This document shows positions 30,046-40,595 of a stretch of 64,000 nt of DNA, one piece after another. Source of the stretch: Phycisphaerales bacterium. GTDB taxonomy: Bacteria > Planctomycetota > Phycisphaerae > WQYP01. The DNA lies in assembly GCA_027451365.1 (NCBI GenBank), contig DAIDJN010000040.1:32001-96000 (forward strand). Direction: 5' to 3'. Below the pieces are notes generated by a model. That model searched no databases. It saw only the letters and a list, made by a program, of their open reading frames with translations, and had not been told where the DNA came from. The position numbers were made by a program, and so were the translations under genes. Positions within the stretch are counted from its first letter, which is position 1. Each line of letters begins with the position of its first letter.

Positions 30046-30984
30046 ATGCCCGATACACCCCCAGCCCATGTGACCGGCCCGACCGTCCGCTGCCGCTGGT
30101 GCGGCTATTCGGCGGCGGGCACCGGGGAAACAAGCTGCCCGCGCTGCGGCGCCACACTGGCCATCAGCGTCCGGTCTGATACCGCCGGCTGGAGCGAACT
30201 TCCCCCCGTTGCCAACATGACGCGCATTAAACTCGGCGACAGCACCTGCCAGATTGAAGGCCAGACCGTGCCCGTGGCCGATTTTAATTTGCGCGGGAAT
30301 GATGGCATTTTCTTTTCGCACCATTATCTGCTCTGGCGGGATGTAACCGTCTCGTTAAATACCATGTCCATCGCGGGAGGCATCAAACGGTTGCTCGGCG
30401 GTCTGCCCCTGTTTATGACGCGCGCCACCGGTCCGGGGCATCTGGCGCTTTCGCGTGATGTGCCGGGCGAGATTATTGCCATCCCACTGGACCCCGGCCA
30501 GGAAGTGGATGTACGCGAACATATGTTCTTGGCGGCCACAGGCCCCATAGATTACCAGTTGCGGGATTCAAATATCTGGTTTCAGCAGCGATCCGGCCAG
30601 AACAATGACGACATCGAAACCTTTTACCCCATCGGCTGGTATGTGGACCGCTTTTTCAGCGATAAACAGCCGGGGCTTCTTCTGCTCCACTGTTCCGGCA
30701 ACTGCTTTACCCGAATGCTTGGCCCGGATGAAACGCTGCTGGTGAAGCCAACCGCGTTCGTCTTTAAGGACAAAGCGGTTCACATGCAGTTGCATTTTGA
30801 ATATCCGCATTCAAATCAGACCTACACCGGCTTAAATCCGCGGCTGATCGGCTATCGGCCAAAGTTCACCTGGGTGGCGCTGCGGGGACCTGGGCGTGTG
30901 GCGATCCAGTCCGCTTATGAACCAATGGAAGGCGAATATTCGCGGGTGGACTGGTCGAGTGCGTGTACAAACCGCACATGGTAG
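30046..30984 (+). CDS. AIM24-family protein with N-terminal Zn ribbon (paralog)
   Basis: CRWC..CPRC, STCQIEGQ.VPVAD shared with the upstream gene, RGPGRVAIQS. Confidence 0.85.
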   Translation: MPDTPPAHVTGPTVRCRWCGYSAAGTGETSCPRCGATLAISVRSDTAGWSELPPVANMTRIKLGDSTCQIEGQTVPVADFNLRGNDGIFFSHHYLLWRDVTVSLNTMSIAGGIKRLLGGLPLFMTRATGPGHLALSRDVPGEIIAIPLDPGQEVDVREHMFLAATGPIDYQLRDSNIWFQQRSGQNNDDIETFYPIGWYVDRFFSDKQPGLLLLHCSGNCFTRMLGPDETLLVKPTAFVFKDKAVHMQLHFEYPHSNQTYTGLNPRLIGYRPKFTWVALRGPGRVAIQSAYEPMEGEYSRVDWSSACTNRTW

Positions 30985-31169
30985 CACAGTGCGTCAATTG
31001 TGCAGGCCACTGTCCATGTTGCCGATTAATTCCGCCGCGGATTTTGGGATAAGGTGCGGAGAAACTGGCTGAAGAAAAGGCCGGTATGCGGCGCAGGCTG
31101 GATATCTACGAATCGAAGCTTACACCGATGCATCCGGACCTGACGGGATGAAGGATATATCGGCGGCGA

Positions 31170-33470
31170 ATGTCGGCAAAAGGAGATGGAACGGAAATGG
31201 GAGTTAGAACCGCATCGGGTGCGTTTGTCGTGGTCATTTTTCTGTCGTGCTGCGTGCCGGTTCAACTGACCTGCGCGGCGGAGGCGGCTTCCGCGGGGGC
31301 CGTGCGAGCCAACCGTCTTGATCTTCAGGCACTCGTGGCATTGCATGAGAAGTCAGCCAAGGCGACCGCCATCGCCGGACACGACGCTCTGATGGCCTGT
31401 CTGGCCTGTCCCGGTGGCATGGATTCCTGGCTGATTCGCGGATATGTGGCGGCCCATAGTGGGTCCCTTGGTGATGCCCGGCAGTTTTTTTTGCGTGCAC
31501 TGGAAATCAGACCGCGATGCGCCATGGTGCTTAATGACCTTGCGGTGATTGCCTGGCGGGAAAAAAGCCGACCGCTGGCGTGCAATTATTTCTTGAGGGC
31601 ATTGCGGACCGGTCCGGTGGATCGCGATACCGCGGACAATATATTTTCGTTTCTGCAGCGTGTGGATACAGCGCATGGGCGGTTTCTGAGGCTGAAAAAT
31701 CAGTTTGCCGCAGCGGATAAAGTTTTGCAGAAAAAAATGGCCGCGCGGGGACTCGTGCGGCAGGGGGCTAATTGGATATCCGCCCAGCAGGCCCCGGTTG
31801 TCGCCTATTGGGACAGGGATTACGAAACCACGCGCCGCAATCTGGAAACCCAATTTGCGTTCGATCGCAGGCAACTTCGGTCAGAAGCCCGCGCGATGCG
31901 ACGCGCGCGTCTTGCCGTGGCCAGCTATTCCAATCAACTGCGGGTAACTGGCCAGGATTTTAATAATGCGACCGCTATCCAGCAGGCCCTCCAGCAGGCG
32001 CAGAAAGCGGAGCAATTGAGCTTGCAGAACCGCGATGCCACTCTCGCGGACATGAATCATCTGCGATCGCGGGCGGTCTGGCTCATAAAGTCTCCGATTG
32101 GACAGGTGTATAACCGCCGCCTTCAGTTGTCTTTGCCTCTTGCCTTTCGGGGCGCGGCAGCACCCCAGAATTCCGGAAACGGCCTTCCGGACGCTCCCGT
32201 TGTTCCGGGCCAATTTCAACCGGCCGCGGTTGGGAGCGTTGGGGCGTCCTCAACGGGGTCGAATCAGGCCGACCCGAATGTGCCGCCGCATGGTGCGATC
32301 CTGGCCGCGACTGTGGGGCAGTCGGGTTTAGATTCCAGCGAAGTTGCGCGGAAATCCGCAGAAAATCTGAAGCTACAGGCGCAGCCTGCTCCGATAGCGG
32401 CGGCCATTCTTCATCGGCGGGCCGAAATTGCCGCTGCCAGACTGAAACTGAAGCAGGCCGCAGTCACCTGCAGAAATTCCCTGCTCAAATCCGACCGACA
32501 GGAAATGCGTGAGTTGCAGGCGGCGACTCAGGCTGCAATGAAGGCCAGCAATGTCAGCGGCGTGGTCGAAGCCCAGCGCGTTCTCAAGCAGGTGCGGGCC
32601 GATTATAAAGTCTGTTTAACCGATGCTGTGATTGCGGATCTGGCTGCCAAAAATTCACTTATTCAGCCAACGGACGCCGCCGTTCAGAAAATCGTTAAGC
32701 GGCGGGCCAGGCGAGTGGCTATGGCATTGGATGCAAATAAGCAGGCTGAGGTGAATTATCATTCGGCGATTATTCAGGCCGACAAGGCCGAAGTGTCACA
32801 AATTCAAGTCGTTATTCAGAATTCAATGAAATCCAGCAATGTCAAAGGCGTCCTGAGTGGTGCTGACGCGTTAAAGGCTGCCAAAGATCAACTCGCGTCC
32901 GATCAATCGGATCTCGGCATTGCTCAAACCGCGACAGGCGGTCAAGCCGTTTCCTTCATGGGCCGTGGGCGCAAGGCTTCGCGCATTGTCTATATTATTG
33001 ATCATGCTGGCGGCATGTTGGATAACTTCGGGTTTGTGGAACGCAAACTGGACGGTTCAATCAGCAGGCTCTGGGTAAATCAGTCCTTCGCCGTCATCAT
33101 TTTCCGCAAACGCTACAAAATTCTTGGCCCGTCGGCTCGAACGGGTCAACTGGAGCCGGCCACCAACGAAGTCAAGCAGGAAGTGCGAACCGCACTCAAA
33201 CGGATTCAGCCGCAGGGGCCTAATGCCTACCGCCTGAATTATTTTCTAGGCCCGTTTCAGGCGGCATTCCGGATGCGCCCACAAATCATTTACTTTCTTA
33301 GCAACGGTTCTTTTGATCCCCGGCTTGTCCCCGCAATCCACCAATTGAATCAAAAGAGCAAAGTCCGCATATTTACGTTCGCGTTTTTCAATCATGATCC
33401 GATATTCAATGCCCAGCTTAAGAAAATTGCCTCGGAAAACGGGGGCCAATACAAGCTGGTGACCCGGTAA
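31170..33470 (+). CDS. Secreted TPR + coiled-coil + vWA-like domain protein
   Basis: Hydrophobic N-terminus, TPR-like ARQFFLRALEIRP..VLNDLA, helical middle, C-terminal IVYIID..M, FAVIIF, PQIIYFLSNG, LKKIASENGGQY. Confidence 0.7.
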   Translation: MSAKGDGTEMGVRTASGAFVVVIFLSCCVPVQLTCAAEAASAGAVRANRLDLQALVALHEKSAKATAIAGHDALMACLACPGGMDSWLIRGYVAAHSGSLGDARQFFLRALEIRPRCAMVLNDLAVIAWREKSRPLACNYFLRALRTGPVDRDTADNIFSFLQRVDTAHGRFLRLKNQFAAADKVLQKKMAARGLVRQGANWISAQQAPVVAYWDRDYETTRRNLETQFAFDRRQLRSEARAMRRARLAVASYSNQLRVTGQDFNNATAIQQALQQAQKAEQLSLQNRDATLADMNHLRSRAVWLIKSPIGQVYNRRLQLSLPLAFRGAAAPQNSGNGLPDAPVVPGQFQPAAVGSVGASSTGSNQADPNVPPHGAILAATVGQSGLDSSEVARKSAENLKLQAQPAPIAAAILHRRAEIAAARLKLKQAAVTCRNSLLKSDRQEMRELQAATQAAMKASNVSGVVEAQRVLKQVRADYKVCLTDAVIADLAAKNSLIQPTDAAVQKIVKRRARRVAMALDANKQAEVNYHSAIIQADKAEVSQIQVVIQNSMKSSNVKGVLSGADALKAAKDQLASDQSDLGIAQTATGGQAVSFMGRGRKASRIVYIIDHAGGMLDNFGFVERKLDGSISRLWVNQSFAVIIFRKRYKILGPSARTGQLEPATNEVKQEVRTALKRIQPQGPNAYRLNYFLGPFQAAFRMRPQIIYFLSNGSFDPRLVPAIHQLNQKSKVRIFTFAFFNHDPIFNAQLKKIASENGGQYKLVTR

Positions 33471-34016
33471 GGCGGCTGCCCGGTGATAAGTTTTGCCGCC
33501 GTCTGTCGCGCTGGCTCACGACCATCCGGCATAGGGATTTTATGCGTCTGCCTCACCATACCGCATGATGGCGGCAGGTCGGTTTATGGCCTTAGCTCCG
33601 TTGGTCGGCACCCTTAAACGTCTGCAACTGCTTTGACATGTTTTTGAGAATCTTCATGTGACGGCCAGTCATCGGCAGTTCGATTTAACCGATTGCTGAT
33701 TCCGCCGGTGTCGGTCTGCGGGAAATTGAACGTCCGAACCCAAAATGCGGACGGATATTCCGTTAAGCCGTCGGCCCCCGTCGTGGTTTGCCATTGACCC
33801 GATATTTGCTTCGGGGCGAAAATCGGAAACGGCGCGTGCTAACATTTTCGGCGCTTCGGGTGGTTCAGGCACGTCGGCTTCAGCACACAGCGCCTTTTGG
33901 CGCGATGGCGGTTCCTATGCCGACAATCGGCAACTACCGCTGAATGCACAGGGAAACTTCAGGCGATAGGCGGACGGCTTTATAGCTCAGTGCGGTGCGT
34001 GTATATTCCCCGACAG

Positions 34017-35246
34017 ATGATAGTGAAGCCCTATTTAATTACCGACAGCCTGATTGCATCCTTCTGGACGGCGGAAATTCTGCTGCAAATCTGGGGCGTT
34101 CGCGTGGCCCAGTTTTTTTCCATGCGCATGCCACGTGTGGCCGCAGCGCCCCTTGCGGCGGTACACCCGTCGGTGGCGGTGATTCTGCCGATTAAAGGCG
34201 TGGATTCCTGCACTGAACAGAATATTGCGGCATTATGCCGTCAGCATTATCCCAACTATCGGCTGATATTCAGTGTCGAATCCATTGACGATCCGGTGGT
34301 GAAACTGATCGAAAACATTTCCGCCGGCAGATCCGACGGTCGGGTGGCGCTGGTGGTGGCCGGAGCCGCGACGGATCGCGGACAGAAGGTGCATAATCAA
34401 CTCGCCGCGGTGGCCGCCACCACCGAAGAAGACCAGATTCTGGCGTTTATGGATGCCGATGCCTGTCCGGCATCGGATTGGCTTCATGCGCTGGTAACGC
34501 CGCTGACCTATGGGCCGCATATTGGCGCGACCACCGGCTACCGGTTCTACGTGCCGGCCGGCCCAAGCGGAGCAAATGACACGCTCTGCGTGCTTAACAG
34601 CCTGGTGGGAAGTTTGATGGGGCCGTACCGCCGCACAATGGCATGGGGTGGATCGATGGCGATTCGCCGGGCGGATTTTTTTTCCTACGGAGTCGACGCC
34701 CTCTGGCAGGGGGCGCTGAGTGACGATTACGCACTGTCCTATTGCGTGCGGAGAAAAGCCAGAACGCGGATTCATTTTGTGCCGCAGTGTCTGGTGGCAT
34801 CGGCGGCCTCATTTAACTGGCATTCGTTGAATGAATTCGCCGTGCGGCAATACCGTATTACCCGGATTTGCGCGCCGCGCGTATGGCTGGCGGCAATCAG
34901 CGGGGCTCTGCTGTTTGTTTTTGCGCTGCTTTCTTCCCTGGTGATCACCCTTGAGGCGGTGGATTTTCATCGCACCGATTTCTGGATTCCGCTGGCCGTC
35001 TTTCTGGTGATTTATCTGTTAAGCTGCCTGCGCGGGTATATGTTATTGCGCGGCGGACGGCGGCTGCTGCCCGGTCACGAACCAGAACTCAAAAGGGCGC
35101 GGCATTATTTTATCATTGGATTTCCACTGATGCAGATGGTCAATGCGTTTTTTATCCTGCGGTCGGCAGTGGGAAGCCGGATTGTCTGGCGCGGCACTGA
35201 ATATCAGATGAACGGACTGGGCCGAACGCGGATTGTATCGCGGTGA
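34017..35246 (+). CDS. GT2/GT21 glycosyltransferase (ceramide glucosyltransferase/HpnI-like)
   Basis: ILPIKG, KVHNQL, FMDAD, AWGGSMA, LSDDY, C-terminal TMs and IVWRG.EY. Confidence 0.82.
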   Translation: MIVKPYLITDSLIASFWTAEILLQIWGVRVAQFFSMRMPRVAAAPLAAVHPSVAVILPIKGVDSCTEQNIAALCRQHYPNYRLIFSVESIDDPVVKLIENISAGRSDGRVALVVAGAATDRGQKVHNQLAAVAATTEEDQILAFMDADACPASDWLHALVTPLTYGPHIGATTGYRFYVPAGPSGANDTLCVLNSLVGSLMGPYRRTMAWGGSMAIRRADFFSYGVDALWQGALSDDYALSYCVRRKARTRIHFVPQCLVASAASFNWHSLNEFAVRQYRITRICAPRVWLAAISGALLFVFALLSSLVITLEAVDFHRTDFWIPLAVFLVIYLLSCLRGYMLLRGGRRLLPGHEPELKRARHYFIIGFPLMQMVNAFFILRSAVGSRIVWRGTEYQMNGLGRTRIVSR

Positions 35247-35488
35247 AACGTGGGTCGGAGAGTGTGCAGGACGCTCTGCGTAGAAAAAGCATCATGCCCC
35301 CGCGACTATCGGAAAAAAATCACCTTGGTTTCAGCGTCGCGGCCGTGGATCGCCCGTCGGGTATTTTTATCGCGGACGATGAAAATAAAATCAACGATCA
35401 GTCGGCAACCCGCCAGAAAATTGCCGACCAAAGTGATTGGCGGCGTGGCGAAGAATTATAAAACCAGGAAAAGGGTGCCCCGGCGCGT

Positions 35489-35950
35489 CTAGGCGGACGG
35501 CTTCCGCTGGGCGGCCACAAAGGCCATGCGCATCTGGTATAGAGCTCCGCCGATAAGGCTCTCTTCCGCGGCGGAAAGATTGCCTTTGCTTTTTTCCTGA
35601 ATAATTCCGAGCAGGTCAATATAAAGCCGCGCCAGGTCCATATCCCGGGGCCGGGCTTTACCGCTGCCGTCGGGCAACTGACCCAGTGCCATGAGAATCT
35701 GTGTGGCATATTGCTCCACCAGAAGTTCAAAGGATGCCGACGGCAGGCTGCCGCGGGCCGTCGCGCCCGTCGCCGGCCGCGGATTGTCGGCTGATTTTTC
35801 CGTTGTCGCCTTGGCGGCCGGAATATCACCGACTTTTTCCGCAAGCTGTTCTTTTTCTTTTTCAGCCTGCGATTTCCAGTCATCATCGACATGGATTGCC
35901 GGTGCGGTTTTTGGGGACGTATCTGGTTGGTCGTTCATGTGTTTCTCCAT
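35489..35950 (-). CDS. DUF1844-domain protein
   Basis: IHVDDDWK, ASF..LV, ALG, ARLYIDLLG.IQEK.KGNL..EE, LYQMRMAFV. Confidence 0.85.
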   Translation of the reverse strand: MEKHMNDQPDTSPKTAPAIHVDDDWKSQAEKEKEQLAEKVGDIPAAKATTEKSADNPRPATGATARGSLPSASFELLVEQYATQILMALGQLPDGSGKARPRDMDLARLYIDLLGIIQEKSKGNLSAAEESLIGGALYQMRMAFVAAQRKPSA

Positions 35951-36074
35951 TCAAGCCGCGATCGAACCTTTCTCGGTTATGCCATCCATGTTACCATTCA
36001 CAGACGGTTGGTACACGCGCGGCAGTGTCTGCCTGTTGCGGAGCCGATAAAGAACATTTTACCGGGTGTTTGGA

Positions 36075-37514
36075 ATGGAAGAAATATTCTCTCAACTTGT
36101 CTATCAGAGTCCCCTGGTCACGCGGAATGCGTCGGCGGAAATGCTGGAAGTGTTTTCGCCGCAGCGGAAATTTTCAACCTGGCGGCGGATCTGGCTGGCG
36201 CTGGCCGAAGCCCAGCAGCAATTGGGACTGCCGATTGCCGATGAGCAGTTGAATCAGATGCGGGCGCATCTGGATGATGTGGATTTCGCCGAGGCCGCCC
36301 GTCAGGAACAGCGGCTGCGCCATGATGTAATGGCCCACCTGCACACGTTCGCCAAGGTTGCACCCGCGGCCAAGGCGATCATGCACCTTGGCGCGACTTC
36401 CATGGACATTGTGGACAATACGGATGTGCTGCTGTTGCGCGACGCGCTGGAAATAATCGTGCGGAAACTCGCCGCCGTCATTGATCGGCTGGCGGTCTTT
36501 GCGGTAGCCAATCGCGATCTTCCGGTGCTTTCTTACACCCATATTCAACCAGCGCAACCCAGCACGCTGGGCAAGCGGGCGGTGCTCTGGTGTTACGATT
36601 TTGTGCTGACACTGGCGGACCTGGAACTGCGACTGCAAACTCTGATGCTGCGCGGCATCAAGGGAACCACCGGCACACAGGCATCTTTTGTTGAACTTTT
36701 CGGCGGTGACCAGGAAAAAGTGCGGCGGCTGGAATTTGCGGTTGCCGAAAAGCTGGGATTCAAACGGGTTCACCCGGTTTCCGGTCAGACCTATTCACGC
36801 ATTGTGGATGTGCAGATTATCGCGTCGTTGGCGGCGGTGGGCGCGGCGGCCCATAAAATGGCACAGGATGTTCGCCTGCTTTCCGCCTTTAAGGAGGTCG
36901 ATGAACCTTTTGATGAGGAGCAGGTGGGATCTTCGGCCATGGCTTATAAGCGCAACCCGGTTTTATGCGAACGCGTGACCGGTCTGGCACGCTGGTTGAT
37001 GGGCATCGTGACACAGCCGCTTTTTACCGCCGCCCAGCAGATGTTTGAACGCACGCTGGACGATTCCTCAAACAAGCGCCTTTCCGTGCCGGAGGCCTTC
37101 CTGACCACGGACGCAATTCTGGATATTCTGTTTAAGGTTTCCGGAGGACTGGTGGTGAACCGCAGCGTCATTGAACAGCGACTGAATGCGGAACTGCCCT
37201 TTATGGCCACGGAAAATGTGCTCATGGCCGCGGTGAAGGCCGGTGGCGACCGGCAGGATCTGCATGAACGTATTCGCCGACATTCCATGGCCGCAGCGCT
37301 GCAGGTCAAGGAGATGGGCAAGTCGAACGATTTAATGGAGCGATTGCGCGGTGACCCGGCGTTTGCCGGCGTAGAATTAAGCCAGGTCATGGATGCCCGG
37401 CAGTATATTGGCCGATCGGCACAGCAGGTGGATGAATTTGTACATCAGATTGTCGAACCTATTCAGCAGCGGTATCGCGGCAAGCTTGAACGCAAGGTGA
37501 CAATTAAAGTGTAA
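36075..37514 (+). CDS. purB: Adenylosuccinate lyase
   Basis: RHDVMAH, HLGATS, THIQPAQP, GSSAMAYKRNP signature, ERTLDDS. Confidence 0.96.
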   Translation: MEEIFSQLVYQSPLVTRNASAEMLEVFSPQRKFSTWRRIWLALAEAQQQLGLPIADEQLNQMRAHLDDVDFAEAARQEQRLRHDVMAHLHTFAKVAPAAKAIMHLGATSMDIVDNTDVLLLRDALEIIVRKLAAVIDRLAVFAVANRDLPVLSYTHIQPAQPSTLGKRAVLWCYDFVLTLADLELRLQTLMLRGIKGTTGTQASFVELFGGDQEKVRRLEFAVAEKLGFKRVHPVSGQTYSRIVDVQIIASLAAVGAAAHKMAQDVRLLSAFKEVDEPFDEEQVGSSAMAYKRNPVLCERVTGLARWLMGIVTQPLFTAAQQMFERTLDDSSNKRLSVPEAFLTTDAILDILFKVSGGLVVNRSVIEQRLNAELPFMATENVLMAAVKAGGDRQDLHERIRRHSMAAALQVKEMGKSNDLMERLRGDPAFAGVELSQVMDARQYIGRSAQQVDEFVHQIVEPIQQRYRGKLERKVTIKV

Positions 37515-37578
37515 CCACGCCTGTGCCGCGTTCAGTGAAGCGGTCGCCGAATCCTGGCCTTCACCCCGGGACCTTGTG

Positions 37579-38421
37579 TTATGCCAGATCGCCCTCGACA
37601 ACGCGCAAACATTGCAGCGGGACATAAAATTTCAAATAGCGGCCGCCATTGGTATAGAGCGGTCCATTCGGGGAATCCACCAGCACCGTGGCGCGACTGG
37701 TGACACGGTTCACGCGTCCGCGATGAAGCCTTCCCGCGGATTCAAATTCCACAATGCTGCCGACATGAATGGCGTGATGAATTTCCGCACGCTGGCGCGG
37801 CGTGACCAGGTTATGCCGTGATTGCGTGTGACCGAAGATATTGGCAATAAGTGTTTTGAATCGGGGCTTTGCGCAACTGGATTCACCGCAGGCCAGCAAT
37901 TCAAGCAGATGAATCATTTCATGTTCCATAATCCGCTGAAGGGCGCTGATGCGGTCAGGGCAATGCAGCCCGCCAACGCTCACCGATTCAGCAGGATCGC
38001 GGAAATTGCTGAACAGGAGATGTCCGGAAACCGCGATTTCATATTCCGGCCGGGACATGCCCAGCATGTTCCGGCGGCGGCGTGTAATGGTTTTGCCGCC
38101 GGCGCTGGTCATCGTCGGGGAAAGTCGAAAAGCCACGGGCAAGCCCGATTTTTCCGCCACTGTTTGTTGAATCCAGCGATGGAAAAAAATGGCGTCATAC
38201 ATGCCAAAAATAAATCGCAGGTCCTCCGGCGGAAGCGACGTGAAATTGGGATTGGTGTAATGGCTCGAAACGCTGGCAAGCATCTGACGGACCAGTCCGG
38301 TTTTGTCCGCAATTTCCGCCTGTGTAAAACGCAGCAGCAGTGGATTGGTCGGTGGGGCCGCGGGCATATTGACCGATGGCGGGAGTGCCGGGGTGGAAAA
38401 AAGTTCAGATCGGGTGTTCAT
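37579..38421 (-). CDS. SprT-like zinc metalloprotease-domain protein
   Basis: MTSAGGKT, EIAVS, HEMIH (HExxH), C-terminal SH3-like GRVNRVTSRATVLV. Confidence 0.7.
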   Translation of the reverse strand: MNTRSELFSTPALPPSVNMPAAPPTNPLLLRFTQAEIADKTGLVRQMLASVSSHYTNPNFTSLPPEDLRFIFGMYDAIFFHRWIQQTVAEKSGLPVAFRLSPTMTSAGGKTITRRRRNMLGMSRPEYEIAVSGHLLFSNFRDPAESVSVGGLHCPDRISALQRIMEHEMIHLLELLACGESSCAKPRFKTLIANIFGHTQSRHNLVTPRQRAEIHHAIHVGSIVEFESAGRLHRGRVNRVTSRATVLVDSPNGPLYTNGGRYLKFYVPLQCLRVVEGDLA

Positions 38422-38461
38422 GCGGCCAATTCCGTTTGGTCAAACTTGTGTTCGTAAGGGA

Positions 38462-38740
38462 TCAGTCATCTGGCTGGGTGGGGGGCGGCTTATCGTCCGT
38501 GTCAGGAGTCTCGGTGCTGCCGATGCGCCGGGCGTCCCGTGCGGTAAAAATGCCGCAGGTTTCTTCGGCCTGGTCAAACATGATCACAACCTTGCCCGCG
38601 CGCAACTGGGTCATGACGTCATGCACCATATCGGGCAGCGGCGTTTCCTGGTGGCCGTGAACCGCTCCCTGGCGGGTGACATAGTCTTCAATGATGGATT
38701 GAAGCGTGTCCGGGCGTAATTCTTCATAAGGAATGATCAT
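38462..38740 (-). CDS. YheU/UPF0270-family protein
   Basis: MIIPYEEL.PDTL..IIE.YVTR.G...QLRAG.VVI.FD...ETC. ATGA overlap with mnmA. Confidence 0.85.
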   Translation of the reverse strand: MIIPYEELRPDTLQSIIEDYVTRQGAVHGHQETPLPDMVHDVMTQLRAGKVVIMFDQAEETCGIFTARDARRIGSTETPDTDDKPPPTQPDD

Positions 38741-39981
38741 GGTGCCTGTATTTCCTGTGCCATCGCAGGCGGGCAGTCAATGGCCGCGCCGGGGCGATTG
38801 GACAACATTTCGGCGTGGGGTACCAGATCGTCGGTGACCGCGTCAATCCATCCGCCACCTAAAAGCCGCTGGTCATCATAGCAGACCACGGCCTGGCCCG
38901 GTGTAATGGCGGCAACCGGAGTATCAAATTCAACCAGCAGTTCATTGGCACCGTTGAGTACGGCGGTGGCCGGGGCAGGAGGCGAGTTATAGCGCACCTT
39001 GGCCGTGACGCGAATGGGGCGTTGCGGCCGGTTTGTCAGCCAGTTCACTTCCTTGGCCAAAAGAGCCCGATGCAACAGGCCTTCGCGCGGGCCTACACGC
39101 ACTGTGTTGGAATTGGCGTCTATTCCGGTTACGTAAATCGGATAGCCGAAGGCCACACCCACGCCGCGCCGCTGGCCGAGCGTGAAATTCTGATGTCCGG
39201 CGTGCTGTCCGACTACTTGTCCGGAGGCATCCACAATGTTGCCGGGCTTAAGCGTCTGCGGAGAACGCTTTTGCAGAAGATTCACATAATTGTTGTCCGG
39301 AACAAAGCAGATTTCCTGAGAGTCGGGTTTGTCATGTACCGGCAGGCCAAGTTCGCGGGCCATGGCGCGCACTTCTGATTTTGGAAAATCGCCAACTGGC
39401 AGCAACATGCGGGGAAGTTCGTCGGGCGGCACGCCAAAAAGAACATAGCTCTGGTCTTTGGCGGTATCCGTGCCGCGCCATAATTCAACTTCGCCACTCG
39501 AATCGCGATGAATGCGGGCATAATGGCCGGTGGCCACATAATCCGCGCCCAGGGCGCGGGCATAACGCGCCAACTTGCCGAATTTCAGGTACTCGTTGCA
39601 GCGGACGCAGGGGTTCGGCGTGCGGCCACGGTTGTATTCACCTACAAAATAATCAATGATGCCACCAAAATCCCGCTGAAAATTCAACGCATAAAATGGA
39701 ATGTCCAATAACCCCGCCACATAGCGTGCATCGGCGGCATCTCCGGTGGAACAACAGCCCTGATGGTGTGCTTTAGGTCCACCACCGGCGCTGGTCATGG
39801 CCGAAGGCTTAAGCGGGGCGCAGGCGACGGGCGTATCGTCATCGGCACCCGCCGGGTCGTTGCCCAGACGCATGAATACGCCCACACAGTTGTATCCTTG
39901 CTTTTTCAGCAGCGCCGCCGCTACGGAGCTATCCACTCCGCCGGACATGGCTATCACCACTGTTTTCCCGTTTGCGGGCAC
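38737..39981 (-). CDS. mnmA: tRNA-specific 2-thiouridylase
   Basis: AMSGGVDSS, GRTPNPC, ATGHYAR, KDQSY, DSQEICF, TPGQ. Probable GTG start. Confidence 0.97.
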   Translation of the reverse strand: MPANGKTVVIAMSGGVDSSVAAALLKKQGYNCVGVFMRLGNDPAGADDDTPVACAPLKPSAMTSAGGGPKAHHQGCCSTGDAADARYVAGLLDIPFYALNFQRDFGGIIDYFVGEYNRGRTPNPCVRCNEYLKFGKLARYARALGADYVATGHYARIHRDSSGEVELWRGTDTAKDQSYVLFGVPPDELPRMLLPVGDFPKSEVRAMARELGLPVHDKPDSQEICFVPDNNYVNLLQKRSPQTLKPGNIVDASGQVVGQHAGHQNFTLGQRRGVGVAFGYPIYVTGIDANSNTVRVGPREGLLHRALLAKEVNWLTNRPQRPIRVTAKVRYNSPPAPATAVLNGANELLVEFDTPVAAITPGQAVVCYDDQRLLGGGWIDAVTDDLVPHAEMLSNRPGAAIDCPPAMAQEIQAP

Positions 39982-40196
39982 TTGAAAACCTCTGTACGTT
40001 TTGCGCCAGCGGCCAATGGGCCGTGACCGGCAGAACAATCGGCCGAATTATAGCGGCTTTTCACATTTGTTTCACCGATTCATATTGCGGCTTGCCCAGA
40101 GCCATGCCGGCAAGGTTGCCTCTCTATCGGCCTGGCCGGATATTCAGTGGGCCAACGGCAGATGCCGCACCGGTTGCCGCCGCGGGGAACTATAAT

Positions 40197-40595
40197 TCAA
40201 CTGATTTCCGAGGTAATCTTAGGCGGTTGCTCCAGCGTTTTAAGCACCGGACAGGTGTGGATCGCATTGCGGACACGCGGATGGAGTTCGGGCGGTAATT
40301 GCGACAGTACATTTTTCAGTTTAACGGTCATATCCCCCAGACGGGAAGGATTAGTCACATATGTTTTGTTCACTGCGGCTTCTATGCCTGTCAGCGGATG
40401 ACCGTGCTGCTTTGCGGTCAGCAGGGCGAGCATCATTTCGCAGGCGGCCAGTGCGGCCGGCACAAGATCGGTCGGGCCGGGGCCGGTGGCGGTACCACCA
40501 CTTTTAACAGGCAGGTCGATGCGGAATGTCCAGTCCGGTCCTTTGACGTCTATGGCGAATGGGCCGACTTGGGTCAGGGTAATCTCGGTAGCCAT
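40197..40595 (-). CDS. OsmC/Ohr-like family protein
   Basis: D.P...GG...GP.P.DL..AALAAC...CPV.KTL two-Cys pattern. Confidence 0.85.
   Translation of the reverse strand: MATEITLTQVGPFAIDVKGPDWTFRIDLPVKSGGTATGPGPTDLVPAALAACEMMLALLTAKQHGHPLTGIEAAVNKTYVTNPSRLGDMTVKLKNVLSQLPPELHPRVRNAIHTCPVLKTLEQPPKITSEIS

Noticed and set aside
33471..34016. Possible riboswitch or sRNA before the glycosyltransferase
   Set aside because: No recognisable aptamer consensus or terminator
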